This document shows positions 21,791-32,833 of a stretch of DNA of 64,000 bases, in pieces (positions within the stretch are counted from its first letter, which is position 1; the number at the start of each line of letters is the position of its first letter). Below the pieces are notes generated by a model. It did no database searches, was not told the DNA's origin, and worked only from the letters and a program-made list of their open reading frames with translations. The position numbers and the translations under genes are program-made. The stretch comes from Eledone cirrhosa (lineage: Eukaryota). The stretch covers positions 169,384,001 to 169,448,000 of the forward strand of contig OZ024741.1 of the NCBI GenBank assembly GCA_964016885.1. The letters are read 5' to 3'.

Positions 21791-24700
21791 CTACAGGATG
21801 GTATACAGAGAAGGCCCATTTACACGAGCCATTCTCGCCACTATCACCCACCTTTCATAAAACTGCCTGTGGCCAAGCACCTCTCTCTCCATTCTTATCC
21901 TTCTTCCGAAGTGATATCGGAAGAAGTAGACCAGACTATGGCCAGAGAGGAAGTTGCCTGACCTCAGACCTTTCAATCGTGTCCACCAAACAACCTCTTT
22001 CAACATGGCTATTACGCACAGAAAAACCGCCTTTGCTTCCTTTGTGAAGAGGGGAGGCGGTTTGATTGTCATCACGGACTCGGCTGTCAATTTAATCGGC
22101 GCCACCCGCGACAGCAGTTGTTCGGCGTAGCCCCACAGATCAGCCACGCCCGGACATTGCACCAATGCGTGCGCCACGGTTTCTTCGTGACGCACGCATC
22201 TAGGGCAAATCTTTTTTGAGGGATCCCTGCCCGGGCGCCCGTGTCTGTAGAGCCTCTCTCGAACGGGTAGAGCCCCTCGGTAGCACTGCCAGGCCAGTGA
22301 CTTCTGGAAGTTGTCCATTGGTCCTGGGCCGAAAGTCCTACCGAACAGGCTGGCCAGTTCGTCTTCTTCCATGTCCAGCGACTCTCCAAGGGTGTCATCG
22401 CCCCTGCTAGCCACCAGCCCTCTATAGAATGATGAGGTGGATTCTCCACCGATGGCCCGGCCCGCTTGCCAGAGAGCCCTGAGCGCCTGAGCACACTCAG
22501 TGTGCCAGTCTCCCAGTTTTCCGGATCTTTGCTTGACCCAGGACTGTAGCTCGGTGAGTGAGACGAGTCTCGGAAAGGCTCGTTTCACGAACGGAGCCCA
22601 CACCGGTTGACCAGTGAGGAATACCTGTAGGTGCCGTAGCCTTAATGCGTGCCTACGCATCATCAACCACGGCATCCCCAGCCCTCCTTTCGAAGGTTGT
22701 TGGCAGCAGATGGATCTTCTCACCATAGGAGGACGCTTCTTCCAAAGAAATTGGAAGAGCATGCGTTCCATGGTGGTGAGTGTTTCCTTAGGGCAAGGCA
22801 CGACAGTCAGGCGGTAGTAAGTGACGGACGCTATGTAAATGTTCGCCACCTCCGCCCGGCCTTTTAGGGACAGCTTACACTTGGCCCATTTCTGGGTTAG
22901 TGCAAACACCTTGTTCGTAACCTCGTTCCAGTTCTTTTCCACCTGGAGGTCCGGTCCAAACCAGACCCCAAGCAACTTTACCGGGCCCTCCGTCCAGTGT
23001 CCGACGACACCATCGGGAGGCATCGGTCTGCCTCTCCACGTTCCGAGTTGCAGCCCGATGGATTTTTCCCGGTTCAGTTTCGCTCCTGACAACCTTTCGT
23101 ACTCCTCCAGTAAGGTACCGATCGCCTCGATCTCCGAGTCGGTTGATACCATTACTGTTACGTCATCGGCGTAGGCCGACACCGCTTTGCTCAATCCTGG
23201 TTCCAGGGGGATACCCTGCAACAACTCCAACTTCCTCAGTAAAGGCTCGAGAGTCAATACGTACAGAAGGGAGGAGAGAGGGCACCCCTGTCGAATGGAT
23301 CGTGTGATTTCGAACGGCTTCGAAAGGTAGCCGTTCACCTTGATCCTAGAACAGATGTGGTTGCTATGTAGGGCAGTGATCCAGCCTCTGAAAACAGGAC
23401 CGAACCCAGCCGCCGCTAGCACCGCATCCAGGTAACCATGGTCGACCCTATCGAAGGCCTTAGACTGATCCAAGTTGATCAGGGCCCCACCGAAGCCGGG
23501 TTTGTTGCCAACCCTCTCTATGATGTATCGCATGAGGTGGAGGTTATCGTGAATGGACCTGGATGGGATAGCACATGTCTGCGCATCTCCCACCAGGCCA
23601 CCCACGACAAGCGCCAACCTCTTTGCTAACACCTTGGCCAAAATCTTTAACTCTGTGTTTAGCAGGGTTATGGGCCGAAAATTATTTATACTATCCCCCT
23701 TGTTCTCGTCCTTCCTCACCAGCGTGACTACGCCCTTGGCTACAGAACAAGGAATTCTCCCGTTCTGCTGCCAATTGCAGTAGACCGCTTCGAGGAGTTC
23801 GGAGAAGAAGACCGGCATTGCTAAATAAAGTTCGTAAGGTATACCATCGAGACCTGGAGATTTGCGTCTGCTGCATTGGCTCAGCGCATCTCCGATCTCA
23901 TCAGCCGAGATTGGTCCCTCGCAGGACTCCGCCTCTTTGTTCGAGAGACGCGGCAGGCCGTCGAGGTATGGACCGAAATCCACGCCCCGGCCCGGACCCT
24001 CGCCTCCCCCGAACAATCGGGCAAAGTGCTTTTGAAAGGCCTCGCACATCTGCTTAGGCTCCCGGATCACTCGTCCATCTTCGTCTTGCAACGACCGGAT
24101 GGTGGATCGATTTCCACTTTTAGCTTCTGTCACGCGGGCCCATCCAACGGCTTTGGCCCCCTCATTACCTAGAGCACGTATTTTACTTCGAATGACGCAG
24201 CCTTCATGCTTTGCATCGAAAAACTGGTTCAAGGCCGTCCTCGATGCCAGCACTCTGGCCACATCTTCGCTCTTGATTGCCTCTTCTAATTTACCTGTTA
24301 ATTCTTTCTCGTTTCTATTCCTATTGGCAGCTAACATCTTGCTATAACTTATTGATTCTGTTCTAATCTCTCTTTTGAGAGATGCCCACCATCGGTTGTT
24401 GACGATTGCACCCGTCAACCTCTCCTTAACTAATCTGCTAATCCGGTTTCTGTAAGTCTCTTTTGCCGGTAAAGACAAATTAAGTTTCCAGTAACCGGGA
24501 CCCTGTCTATGTATTTTCTCGAGATTGACCACGCAGGTCACTAATTTGTGATCCGTGTAGCCAACCGTGCGCATTTCTGGACAGCTTAATATGTCCCTAT
24601 CCTTACTTCTAACTAAGAATCTATCTAAGTACGATCTAGATTGACCACTGTGGTTTCTCCAAGTCCAGGTAGGCACAGTTGGAAAATCTAGTCGATATCT

Positions 24701-25228
24701 ATCGACCAAGTTAAAACGGTCGAGTAACCCCTTGAGGCTGTTACACCCCCCTCTATTAGGACATGCTCCTGCATAGTCCCAACGTGCATCTAGGATGTCA
24801 TTCCAATCCCCCGCTAGAAGCAGGGAACGCGACGTTCCCAGAAAAGTCTCCAAACGCTGGAAGAAGTCGGGCCGTTCAGCTCCGAAAGGGGAGTAGACGG
24901 CGACCAGTCTCAAGGCCGCACTTTCACTACTGCCAACGTCTAGCACCAACAAACGACCCTCCGGGTCCGAGTGCACAACCTGTACGGCAAGACCCAGGTG
25001 TTTTTGCAGCAGCACGACAACCCCACCCCCACCTCCAGGTTGACAGAGAGATGCATGCACCTCAAAGTCATCGAAGGTGGGGGCCAGCTGCCGCATGACG
25101 CTGATTCGAGTCTCACAGATAACCATTACATTTATACTACATGACCTGAGGTCATTTAGAAGCTTTGCTTGCTTCCAAGTTGAGCCCAGGCCACGTGCAT
25201 TCAAACATCCTACTCTTAACACATCCAT
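21791..25228 (-). CDS. ORF2 (APE-RT-zinc finger), copy B
   Basis: 1145 aa; differs from A at AVYF/AVYS, EKT/EKI and RGK/RGR. Confidence 0.97.
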   Translation of the reverse strand: MDVLRVGCLNARGLGSTWKQAKLLNDLRSCSINVMVICETRISVMRQLAPTFDDFEVHASLCQPGGGGGVVVLLQKHLGLAVQVVHSDPEGRLLVLDVGSSESAALRLVAVYSPFGAERPDFFQRLETFLGTSRSLLLAGDWNDILDARWDYAGACPNRGGCNSLKGLLDRFNLVDRYRLDFPTVPTWTWRNHSGQSRSYLDRFLVRSKDRDILSCPEMRTVGYTDHKLVTCVVNLEKIHRQGPGYWKLNLSLPAKETYRNRISRLVKERLTGAIVNNRWWASLKREIRTESISYSKMLAANRNRNEKELTGKLEEAIKSEDVARVLASRTALNQFFDAKHEGCVIRSKIRALGNEGAKAVGWARVTEAKSGNRSTIRSLQDEDGRVIREPKQMCEAFQKHFARLFGGGEGPGRGVDFGPYLDGLPRLSNKEAESCEGPISADEIGDALSQCSRRKSPGLDGIPYELYLAMPVFFSELLEAVYCNWQQNGRIPCSVAKGVVTLVRKDENKGDSINNFRPITLLNTELKILAKVLAKRLALVVGGLVGDAQTCAIPSRSIHDNLHLMRYIIERVGNKPGFGGALINLDQSKAFDRVDHGYLDAVLAAAGFGPVFRGWITALHSNHICSRIKVNGYLSKPFEITRSIRQGCPLSSLLYVLTLEPLLRKLELLQGIPLEPGLSKAVSAYADDVTVMVSTDSEIEAIGTLLEEYERLSGAKLNREKSIGLQLGTWRGRPMPPDGVVGHWTEGPVKLLGVWFGPDLQVEKNWNEVTNKVFALTQKWAKCKLSLKGRAEVANIYIASVTYYRLTVVPCPKETLTTMERMLFQFLWKKRPPMVRRSICCQQPSKGGLGMPWLMMRRHALRLRHLQVFLTGQPVWAPFVKRAFPRLVSLTELQSWVKQRSGKLGDWHTECAQALRALWQAGRAIGGESTSSFYRGLVASRGDDTLGESLDMEEDELASLFGRTFGPGPMDNFQKSLAWQCYRGALPVRERLYRHGRPGRDPSKKICPRCVRHEETVAHALVQCPGVADLWGYAEQLLSRVAPIKLTAESVMTIKPPPLFTKEAKAVFLCVIAMLKEVVWWTRLKGLRSGNFLSGHSLVYFFRYHFGRRIRMEREVLGHRQFYERWVIVARMARVNGPSLYTIL

Positions 25229-25261
25229 GTGGGCGGCAGAGCCAAAGGAGAGTGTAGAGAC

Positions 25262-27139
25262 CTACCTTTCCGCTTCCCGGGGTTCGGGTTGCACGACTTC
25301 CATGGGGTCGGGGGTGTTGGGTGAAGGGGTGTCTTGTGGTGGTGTGGGGTCGTCGGTGTGTGGTGGGGTTGGGGTGTTTGGAGTTGTGTTGGGGAGGGGA
25401 AGGGGAGGGGGAAAGCTTTTTAGTAGGACGCGGTTTATGGGTTTGACAGAGGGTGGTCCTACGTCCTCCTTAAAATCCTTTTTTAGTTTTTGGTAGAGGT
25501 TCATTGGGATTTTTATTAGTTTTAAATGTGGGTGGTTTTCTGATGAAACAAAGTTTACACCTTCGGTTTGTACCGAAGGATTATTGTATATGAGTTCATT
25601 TAATTTATTATTGTTTCTGTTGATGTAAGTATAGTGTAATGTCTTTTTTTCCGATGGTGTGAGTGTTTCGAAGAGGGGAGGGGCAGGTTTGGTTTTGTTT
25701 GTTGCTGGAGGGGTGTTTTCTGTTTTGTTAGATTGTGTTGCGATTTGGGTGGGGGTTGTTTGTCCTTGTGTGTTTTGCACATGTTTTCTTTTTTTCCTTT
25801 TAATCTGTCTGAAGGACTCCGTTTCTTCCTCCGAATTCGTTGGGTTATCTTCAGTGTTGGAGGGAAGAGGTATGTTTGCTGGTAATGTTTCCGTGTTGGT
25901 TTTCTTTGTGGGGGAGATGGATGTCACTATGTTAGACTGTGTTGTGTGTTGTGTCTGCGGTGGTTGTGTTGTTTTATTGAGTGAGAGGTTGGGTGGGCCT
26001 GTATTTTGTTTTGGGGTAATGTGTTGTGACTGTTTGTGTTGTGGTGGTGTTGTGGTGTTACTGAGGGACGGGTTGGGTGGGACTGAGTTTTGTTGTTTGT
26101 TTATCTGTTGTGGTGGTGGTGGTGGAGCTGGTGTTGGTAGCAGGGTTTTCTTTTTGTTGAGTTGGGGACAAGCGGCCTTCAGGTGCCCTCTGCCTGCACA
26201 GATATGGCAGGACGGCCTTCTCCCCTCCACGCTAATGTTTATATACCCGTGGTCCTCTAATAGGATTCTGTCGGGTATTTGGGCGATGCGTTCAGGCTTC
26301 ATTTGTACTACCAGCTCTATACCTGTTCCACTGAACGCATTGCCTGTGGTTTTCCCAATGGAAATCACGTTGTCATTCACTGGATCGATGAAGCCAGCTA
26401 TGAGCCAGCAGTAGTCCACATCTGGCATCATTGCATCCAGCCATATGCGTTGAGTTTTTTTCCCCATATAAGATGGATAAAAGGTGAAATTTTTCGAACG
26501 AATCGATGACAAAGCACATTTTTTTGCCGCCGATTCGTTCTTCATGATAATTGCTAGGCTTCCATACAGTCTGTCTTTTCTTATGAAAGTTGTTTCATTC
26601 AGTACTTCTGCGAGTACTGTTTTGATATCTGCTTGAGAAGGCTGTTCAGGTTTTTTTGTACTGTTGTTGATGGTCCGAAACTTGACCGTTCGGCTTTCAA
26701 TGTCTTTCGTGAATTCTTGAGGCATTTTTACCAATAAAATACCATTCTCACCTTCACTTATGTATTGTTTTGCGTCCGTGATCCTTCGTACCATATCTGA
26801 AATGTTTTCCGCTATATAAGTCAAAGATTTCTTTGTTTTCTGTGCAAAAGAAATCTTGTCGTCTGCTTTGTTTTCTGATATGATGTTATTTTCAACTGTT
26901 ATTTTTTTGTTTGTTGTCTTTGTTTGTGTTATTAGTATTGTCATGCAATTTTTCAAATTTTTTTTTTTTTCGTTGTTTTCGTCATTTAATTTTTCCTCCG
27001 CAGATTCGTCCGTTTTTATTTTCATTTTTCCTTCCTTCTCTATGACGTTAGTTGGGAAGGAAGGGAGGACTAAAGCGTGCGAGCTTACAACTCTTACCGC
27101 TGTCCCCCCACCACTATTTTCGTTCGCTGCGTTTAACAT
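25262..27139 (-). CDS. ORF1, copy B
   Basis: 625 aa with intact CCHC knuckle; three amino-acid differences from A seen. Confidence 0.92.
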   Translation of the reverse strand: MLNAANENSGGGTAVRVVSSHALVLPSFPTNVIEKEGKMKIKTDESAEEKLNDENNEKKKNLKNCMTILITQTKTTNKKITVENNIISENKADDKISFAQKTKKSLTYIAENISDMVRRITDAKQYISEGENGILLVKMPQEFTKDIESRTVKFRTINNSTKKPEQPSQADIKTVLAEVLNETTFIRKDRLYGSLAIIMKNESAAKKCALSSIRSKNFTFYPSYMGKKTQRIWLDAMMPDVDYCWLIAGFIDPVNDNVISIGKTTGNAFSGTGIELVVQMKPERIAQIPDRILLEDHGYINISVEGRRPSCHICAGRGHLKAACPQLNKKKTLLPTPAPPPPPQQINKQQNSVPPNPSLSNTTTPPQHKQSQHITPKQNTGPPNLSLNKTTQPPQTQHTTQSNIVTSISPTKKTNTETLPANIPLPSNTEDNPTNSEEETESFRQIKRKKRKHVQNTQGQTTPTQIATQSNKTENTPPATNKTKPAPPLFETLTPSEKKTLHYTYINRNNNKLNELIYNNPSVQTEGVNFVSSENHPHLKLIKIPMNLYQKLKKDFKEDVGPPSVKPINRVLLKSFPPPLPLPNTTPNTPTPPHTDDPTPPQDTPSPNTPDPMEVVQPEPREAER

Positions 27140-27369
27140 TTCTGTTAGACGATTGAAATTTTTTACACAAAATTTTTTAAAACAGGTTTTTCACCTCTAG
27201 GAGGGGTAAAGATGAGCTGACCCACCGCCTGACAGTTCAGACGGAGGGTCAAGCTACACAATTGTATCAAAATTAAGTTTGAACTCACAAAATTTCCTCA
27301 ATAAATTTGAACAAAACTTCTGTGCGAAGTGAATGACATCCACACTGTAGAACAGACGACAGCTAGATT

Positions 27370-27444
<75 letters not shown>
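27370..27444. repeat. (GATA)n abutting the 5' end of LINE B
   Basis: Directly visible. Confidence 0.97.
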
Positions 27445-27547
27445 CAATTGTATTTACATTGAATGATTTTAACATTATGATAAATGAGGTCATTCTATAT
27501 AATAGCATCAGAAATTATCGCCACACTTTCTTTTAGTTTGAATGGTC

Positions 27548-27607
<60 letters not shown>

Positions 27608-27948
27608 CATCTGGCATGATATATATAATATAATATATATAATATTGATTACCTTTTCAGCCTGAGACACAATTAAATGAAAGGATATAGTGAAAGTATT
27701 CTGACCCGACCCTCTTACTGATGACTAGTTTATTAGCGTTAGCAACAGTTCCAGGCTTAGAGTTTTCAATGACTTTTAAAGGGAGAAGATCAGATGACCA
27801 AAAACATTCTCAAAAGAACAGTTTAAGGTGGAGAGCGGAGACAGAAAGGATAGAAGAAGAAGAAAAGTGGCTTGTGACAGAGATGGATGGAGGGAGGTGG
27901 TAAACTGCACCACCCTGCAACTTCCCCCCTCCTCACAAGACCATAGAG

Positions 27949-28277
27949 CAGAGGTTCTCAAAATGGGCGCTACCACATTGAGAAGGGCATTGAGAAGGTC
28001 CAGAGGGGTGCTGGGGCCTAAAGGGGCAGAGATGATATAATAGTATATTAAATATTAAATGATACATATTATATATAAATATAGTAAAATAATAATATAA
28101 TATTTATTTATACATGGTATATATTATATTATTTGTATATAAATAAACAATTTTATTTATTATATATTATTTACAATTTGCGTGTTGGTAGGTCTCTCTG
28201 GACATAAGGGTGGGGTGCTAGGGTATTGCGTGGCTGGGGGGGGGGGGACAGCGGTCCCAAAAGTTTGAGAGCCTCAG
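27949..28277. mobile_element. hAT-type MITE
   Basis: TIRs CAGAGGTTCTCAAA and TTTGAGAGCCTCAG; 8-bp TSD CCATAGAG at 27941-27948 and 28278-28285. Confidence 0.88.
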
Positions 28278-28460
28278 CCATAGAGGAACTCGAGATCAGT
28301 AACAGTAACGTGTAATTCAAAAGATGTTAATGTATTTATCTCCCTTGAATCATTGCAGTTTAAGGGGAATAATCTCTTCTGAAATCTTTGTAGTTAAAGG
28401 GAAATTATCTTGAATATTCTCGTTTGTGAAATCTGATGTAATCTTGGTGTTTGAAGACAT

Positions 28461-28725
28461 ATGGCTTAGTGCTTAGAGTGTTCTATTCCATGTATCCTTG
28501 AGCAAGACACTTTATTTCAAATTGCTCCAGCGCCTTCAGCTGGCAGAAATGTGTTGTACCTGTATTCAAAGGGCCAAACTCATCACACTCTGTATCAGCA
28601 CTGTAAATCTGAATTGCCCTGACAACTATGACATAGCCTCTTGCTTCTCAATTTCACGAGCAGCCTATTCCATTGATCAAACAGCTAGAGCACTAGTCGT
28701 CTAAACCGATGGCAGTCCAACAACA
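28461..28725 (+). mobile_element. Decayed SINE of a second family
   Basis: A-box-like tggcttagtgcttag and ccttgagcaagacacttta motif, also seen on the minus strand near 30680. Confidence 0.55.
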
Positions 28726-28809
28726 GTCTTAATGTTTAATTATTTTTTAAGTGTAACTGAGGTTGTTCTTTAGCCTCATGTTAGCCCTGACTGAAAAGAT
28801 TTGTGATCA

Positions 28810-29982
28810 AAGGAGCAAAGTGTCTAATGCCCCCAAGAGCTTTTTATTTGTCACAAATGTTGTATGTAGCTGTCAAAATGCACAAACACTTAGGTAAAAT
28901 TGGATTGTGGGACATTTATACCTATATACAAGCAAAGAAACATTCTTTGCTTGGTTTATTTAATTTTTATTGTGTAAATAATAATAAAAAATGCATGGTG
29001 CTTAATGCATCCACCCCCCTTTTTTCCCTTCAGATGGTACAACATTATAAGACGAAGACTGAGGGTGGCAGGAAAAACTATGCAAATAGTCAGGAAATGG
29101 CTGATACCTAAAACCCAGTAATGAAGAAGGAGATGTCTGTTAACCAAGCAGCCAAATACGTTGGTGTTTGTAAGAAGTCTCTTCTGAGGAGAGCCAAAAA
29201 AGAAATTGCAATCAATTCACATGTGCGAAGGACATGCACTTTATCCTCTTTGGACATGCACTTTATCCTCTTTGGATATGAACTTTGAAGTTCACAGAAT
29301 GCTTGAAACTTTTAGTGGATAGGGGATGGGGCTTCAGCAAGGCTGAGGTTAAGGATCTGGTTCGGGATTTGTGTACATATCATTGTATGGAGACCCCCTT
29401 CACAAACAATCACCCAGACCTTGATTGGTTGGATGGATTTTTACGATGTTACCCATCTATTGCTCGCCGCAAGAGAGAACAGCTGAGCTCAGCTAGGAGC
29501 TGTGCACAAATCCTGAGGTTGAGAAGGCCTAGTTTGATTTATTAGACAAGAAACTTTCATAGGCAGGAGTGAAGGGTTTGCCTGAACAAATATTCAATGA
29601 ATTGTGTTGGTCTCCATTGCACTCCAGAGGAGATGGAAAGGAGGAATGGATGTGTGATAACTGCACCCAATAGGCCTAAATTGGAACTAAAACATTACGA
29701 ATTTGAGACTTGAGACAGGGGGCTAATGCCTCGAATGTGTGGATAATAGTCTCTACTTTAAAGGTCACTGCTTTAAAATAAATTATGTATTTTTTTCAAT
29801 AAATTTGCTGTAGTTTATTGACAACAATGTGTTAGTTTGTTCTGTTTAGCTTTCCCTCCTATGGCTGAAAAAAAAAAAAAAAAAAAAAGTGTAGAGTTTA
29901 ATGCCCCCATTTGCCTTAATGTATTTATTGTAGTGTGGTGGAGCTTAATGCCCCCTGGGGCTTAATGCCCCTGTTTGCCCTA
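28810..29982 (+). mobile_element. Internally deleted pogo/Tigger-like DNA transposon
   Basis: Broken HTH-psq and CENP-B-like frames (MSVNQAAKY, GWGFSK..DWLDGFLR, PEQIFN) jumping to a WMCDNC end; subterminal ttaatgcccc repeats at both ends. Confidence 0.7.
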
Positions 29983-30084
29983 TCACAGACTGGTCTAGTG
30001 CTTTACTTCTTTAGGCACTAAACCAGCCAAAATCACATTTATTGAAATGTTCAAATTTAGATTTAAAGATTAGTCTGAAAATTC

Positions 30085-30287
30085 ATGGCAGTATCAGTAG
30101 AGCGTCAGACACCATGCTTTGCAGCATAGAGTTACGGCCCTTTACGATCTGAGTTCAAGGTTAACTTTGCCTTTCATCCTTACGGGGCCGATAAAATAAA
30201 GTACCTGTCACGGACTGGGGTCGATTTAATCGACTTTCCCCTCCCCCAAAATTGCTGGCCTTGTGCCTATATAAGAAACCATTATTA
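30085..30287 (+). mobile_element. tRNA-derived SINE
   Basis: Same family as 4011-4197. Confidence 0.85.
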
Positions 30288-30435
30288 AGTTGAAAGTTAG
30301 CTATTTCACTAAACTACTCATAATTATTGATTACTTTAATAATTAAAACACAAAGGTAGTATATTCTTGTTTAGAAATGTGGTCACAAAAGTGTTAAATA
30401 AATGCCAATGCTAAAAAAATGTTTGTAAATCATTT

Positions 30436-30715
30436 CATCATCATCATTTCATTTTACGTCCGCTTTTTCCCTACTTGCAAGGGTGGGACGGGAACTGATT
30501 CTGGCTTGATTTCTACAGCTGGATGCCCTTCCTAACACCAACCTCATTTACAGTGAATGCTGGGTGCTTTTATGCCATGGCACCTCCGTGACCACTTTGC
30601 AGTGGAATGATATGGACCCCAGTCCCTATCCTCTCATTTCTACAGCTGAGTAAACGGGAGCAATGTGAAATAAAGTGTCTTGCTCAAGGAAACAACACAA
30701 CACCTGGTCTGAGAT
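30436..30715 (-). mobile_element. SINE with RTE-derived tail
   Basis: Reverse-complement homolog of 4947-5229 with extra upstream ccttgagcaagacact domain. Confidence 0.7.
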
Positions 30716-30756
30716 GTGTTGTTTACTAGATTAATCTAGTAATTATTTTTTCCACC

Positions 30757-31194
30757 CTGTGGCGTTCGAGATGTTTGGTGGAGTTGGGCCACCAACGACA
30801 ACGTTCTTGTCATCACTGGTGGCTCACCTTACTGAGGTGTCATGTGATGCCTGTGAGCAGTGCCGGATTTAGGACAAATGAGGCCCTGTGCTAGTTAAGT
30901 TATGAGGTCCCTTACTTGGGCCCTGAAGGAGGTAAAAAATGTTTGGCAGGAACAGGGGCCATCCTGATCAACGGGGCCCTGTGCTTAAGCACAATGGTAA
31001 ATCCGGCACAGCCTGTGAGGGCACATGCTTGTTTCAGCACCTTAGCCTCACCATCACCAGTGGCAATGCTGTGAGCGTATTGGCTTGTCTCAAAGTGTTT
31101 AGTTAACCCTTATGATGTGATGTGCGATCGATTGTCGCACTTAGTGGCGAATTGGTGGTCGTTTTTGATTTTGCTTCTCCTACCATTTTTTCTT

Positions 31195-31237
<43 letters not shown>

Positions 31238-31795
31238 GTGTTGTCAACGACGACTGTGGCGTTCAAGACGTTTGAGGGAGTTTAGCCACTAACTGCCAGG
31301 TTCTTGTCTTAACTGGCGGCTCGCCTAACCGAGGTAACAGATGACGTTCGTGAAGGCACATGGCTGTTCCAGCGCATCAGCCTTGCCATCACCCGAGGTA
31401 ACGCTGCGAGCGTGCTGGCTTGCCTCAAAAATTATTAGAGAGGTTTCCCACTGCTCCTCACGATATCGTTATCTTTTGTACTGTTAGCGGCTAGTTTGTT
31501 CACCCCGCCTGCCTTTTGTCGTATGTGATTCTAGGCGTGTGTATTACCTGCTTGTGTGTGTGTGTGTGTGTGTGATTCTTTTTTCCTTTCCCTTTTCTTT
31601 TTTTTCTTTTTTTATTTGTAACATTATGATGACGGTTATGTTGACAAATTTGTAATGTTACTTATGTATATATTTAAAACGACATAATATTTGTAATGTT
31701 CTACTGAACGAATTGCGAGCAATGTATAATGTTATTTACGCATTTGTAATGTTATTTAATTTCAATAAAATTAATTCACAGAAAAAAATAATAAA
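30757..31795 (+). mobile_element. Two 3' fragments of a CRE-like RLE non-LTR element (about 30757-31095 and 31255-31795)
   Basis: Translate to VAFE.FG..WLFQRISLAITRGNAASVLACL; the second has a T-rich UTR, AATAAA and an A run. Confidence 0.6.
30858..31011. mobile_element. hAT-type MITE nested in the CRE-like fragment
   Basis: TIRs CAGTGCCGGATTTA and TAAATCCGGCACAG; 8-bp TSD CCTGTGAG at 30850-30857 and 31012-31019. Confidence 0.88.
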
Positions 31796-32050
31796 CATTT
31801 GAAAATTGAATGTGCAGATGCCCAAATTTCCCCATTCAGTGGGCTTGTAAGCCCCGATTATAGTCTATTTTATTTAGTAAAAAATACGGTGAAATCTTAT
31901 AATTCAATTTTCAAATTCCGTTTGCCGTCTTCTCAAACACACGTATTTTCTTGATTAAAAATTTATTTTAATTTAAACGCTAATTCTATTAATTTATACA
32001 TCGGAAAGTTTCCTATCAAATCCGACAAACGTATTCAGTAATATTATTTC

Positions 32051-32372
32051 CAAATCCCGCCGAGGTTAACTTTGCCTTTCATCCTTACGGGGTCGATAAA
32101 ATAAAGTACCAGTAATGTACTGCGTAAGTGCCTAAAATAGAAACAATTATTTCCATATTTAAATAATTGTACCATATTTAAATAATTGTCTCTACTTTAG
32201 GCACAAGGCCAGCAATTAACCAGTGCATTACTGGTACTTTATTTTATCGACCCCGTAAGGATGAAAGGCAAAGTCAACCTCGACGGGATTTGAACTCAGA
32301 TCGTAAAGGGACGTAACTATGCTGGAATGCATGGCATCCGACCCTCTACCGATACTGCCAATCCACCGCCCC
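32051..32372. mobile_element. Tail-to-tail SINE pair (plus 3' half 32051-32150; minus full 32183-32372)
   Basis: Same family as 4011-4197. Confidence 0.85.
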
Positions 32373-32670
32373 TTTAATAACAGTTTAATTTCTCTTCGAT
32401 CGAAAAACATTTACAAGTTATAATAGTGAACAAGGAATTACCTCCCTTGAATAAAACTTTTTGTAGATTTGAAAATATAATTTCAAAATAAAGTCTAATG
32501 AAAAAAGAATTCAGACATAATTTTAAAACATTCATAAGGAAAACAATTAAAAAAAGAAAGAAATGAGAAAAATTAAAGAAAATTTAAAAGATAAACTAAA
32601 AAGAAAAAGAAAGATCAGGTATAGAATTTTAAAAAATATATATATATATAGTTTAAATATAAAATACAAC

Positions 32671-32833
32671 ATACTTACCTGGCACAAGGGTTAGCCATGA
32701 TCCGCTAGGTGGTTCTCCCAGAGTGAGGCTCTTCCATTGCACTTCGGTTGGGTTGACCTTTGCGATCGCCCCAAATGTGGGTGAATCGGGTGCACTATTT
32801 CGAAGTGTGGAGTCTGTGTTCGCGCTCACCCCG
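32671..32833 (+). ncRNA. U1: U1 snRNA copy 1, most diverged
   Basis: ATACTTACCTGG start, ATTGCAC loop, UUCG SL4; Sm site ATTTCGA and several stem mismatches. Confidence 0.85.

Larger units (their letters stand above)
21577..27369 (-). mobile_element. Full-length Tx1/L1-clade LINE, copy B
   Basis: Colinear with copy A at offset 5812 with scattered substitutions only. Confidence 0.95.

Noticed and set aside
27710-27760. CTGATGA as another hammerhead core
   Set aside because: No matching GAAA or stems found.
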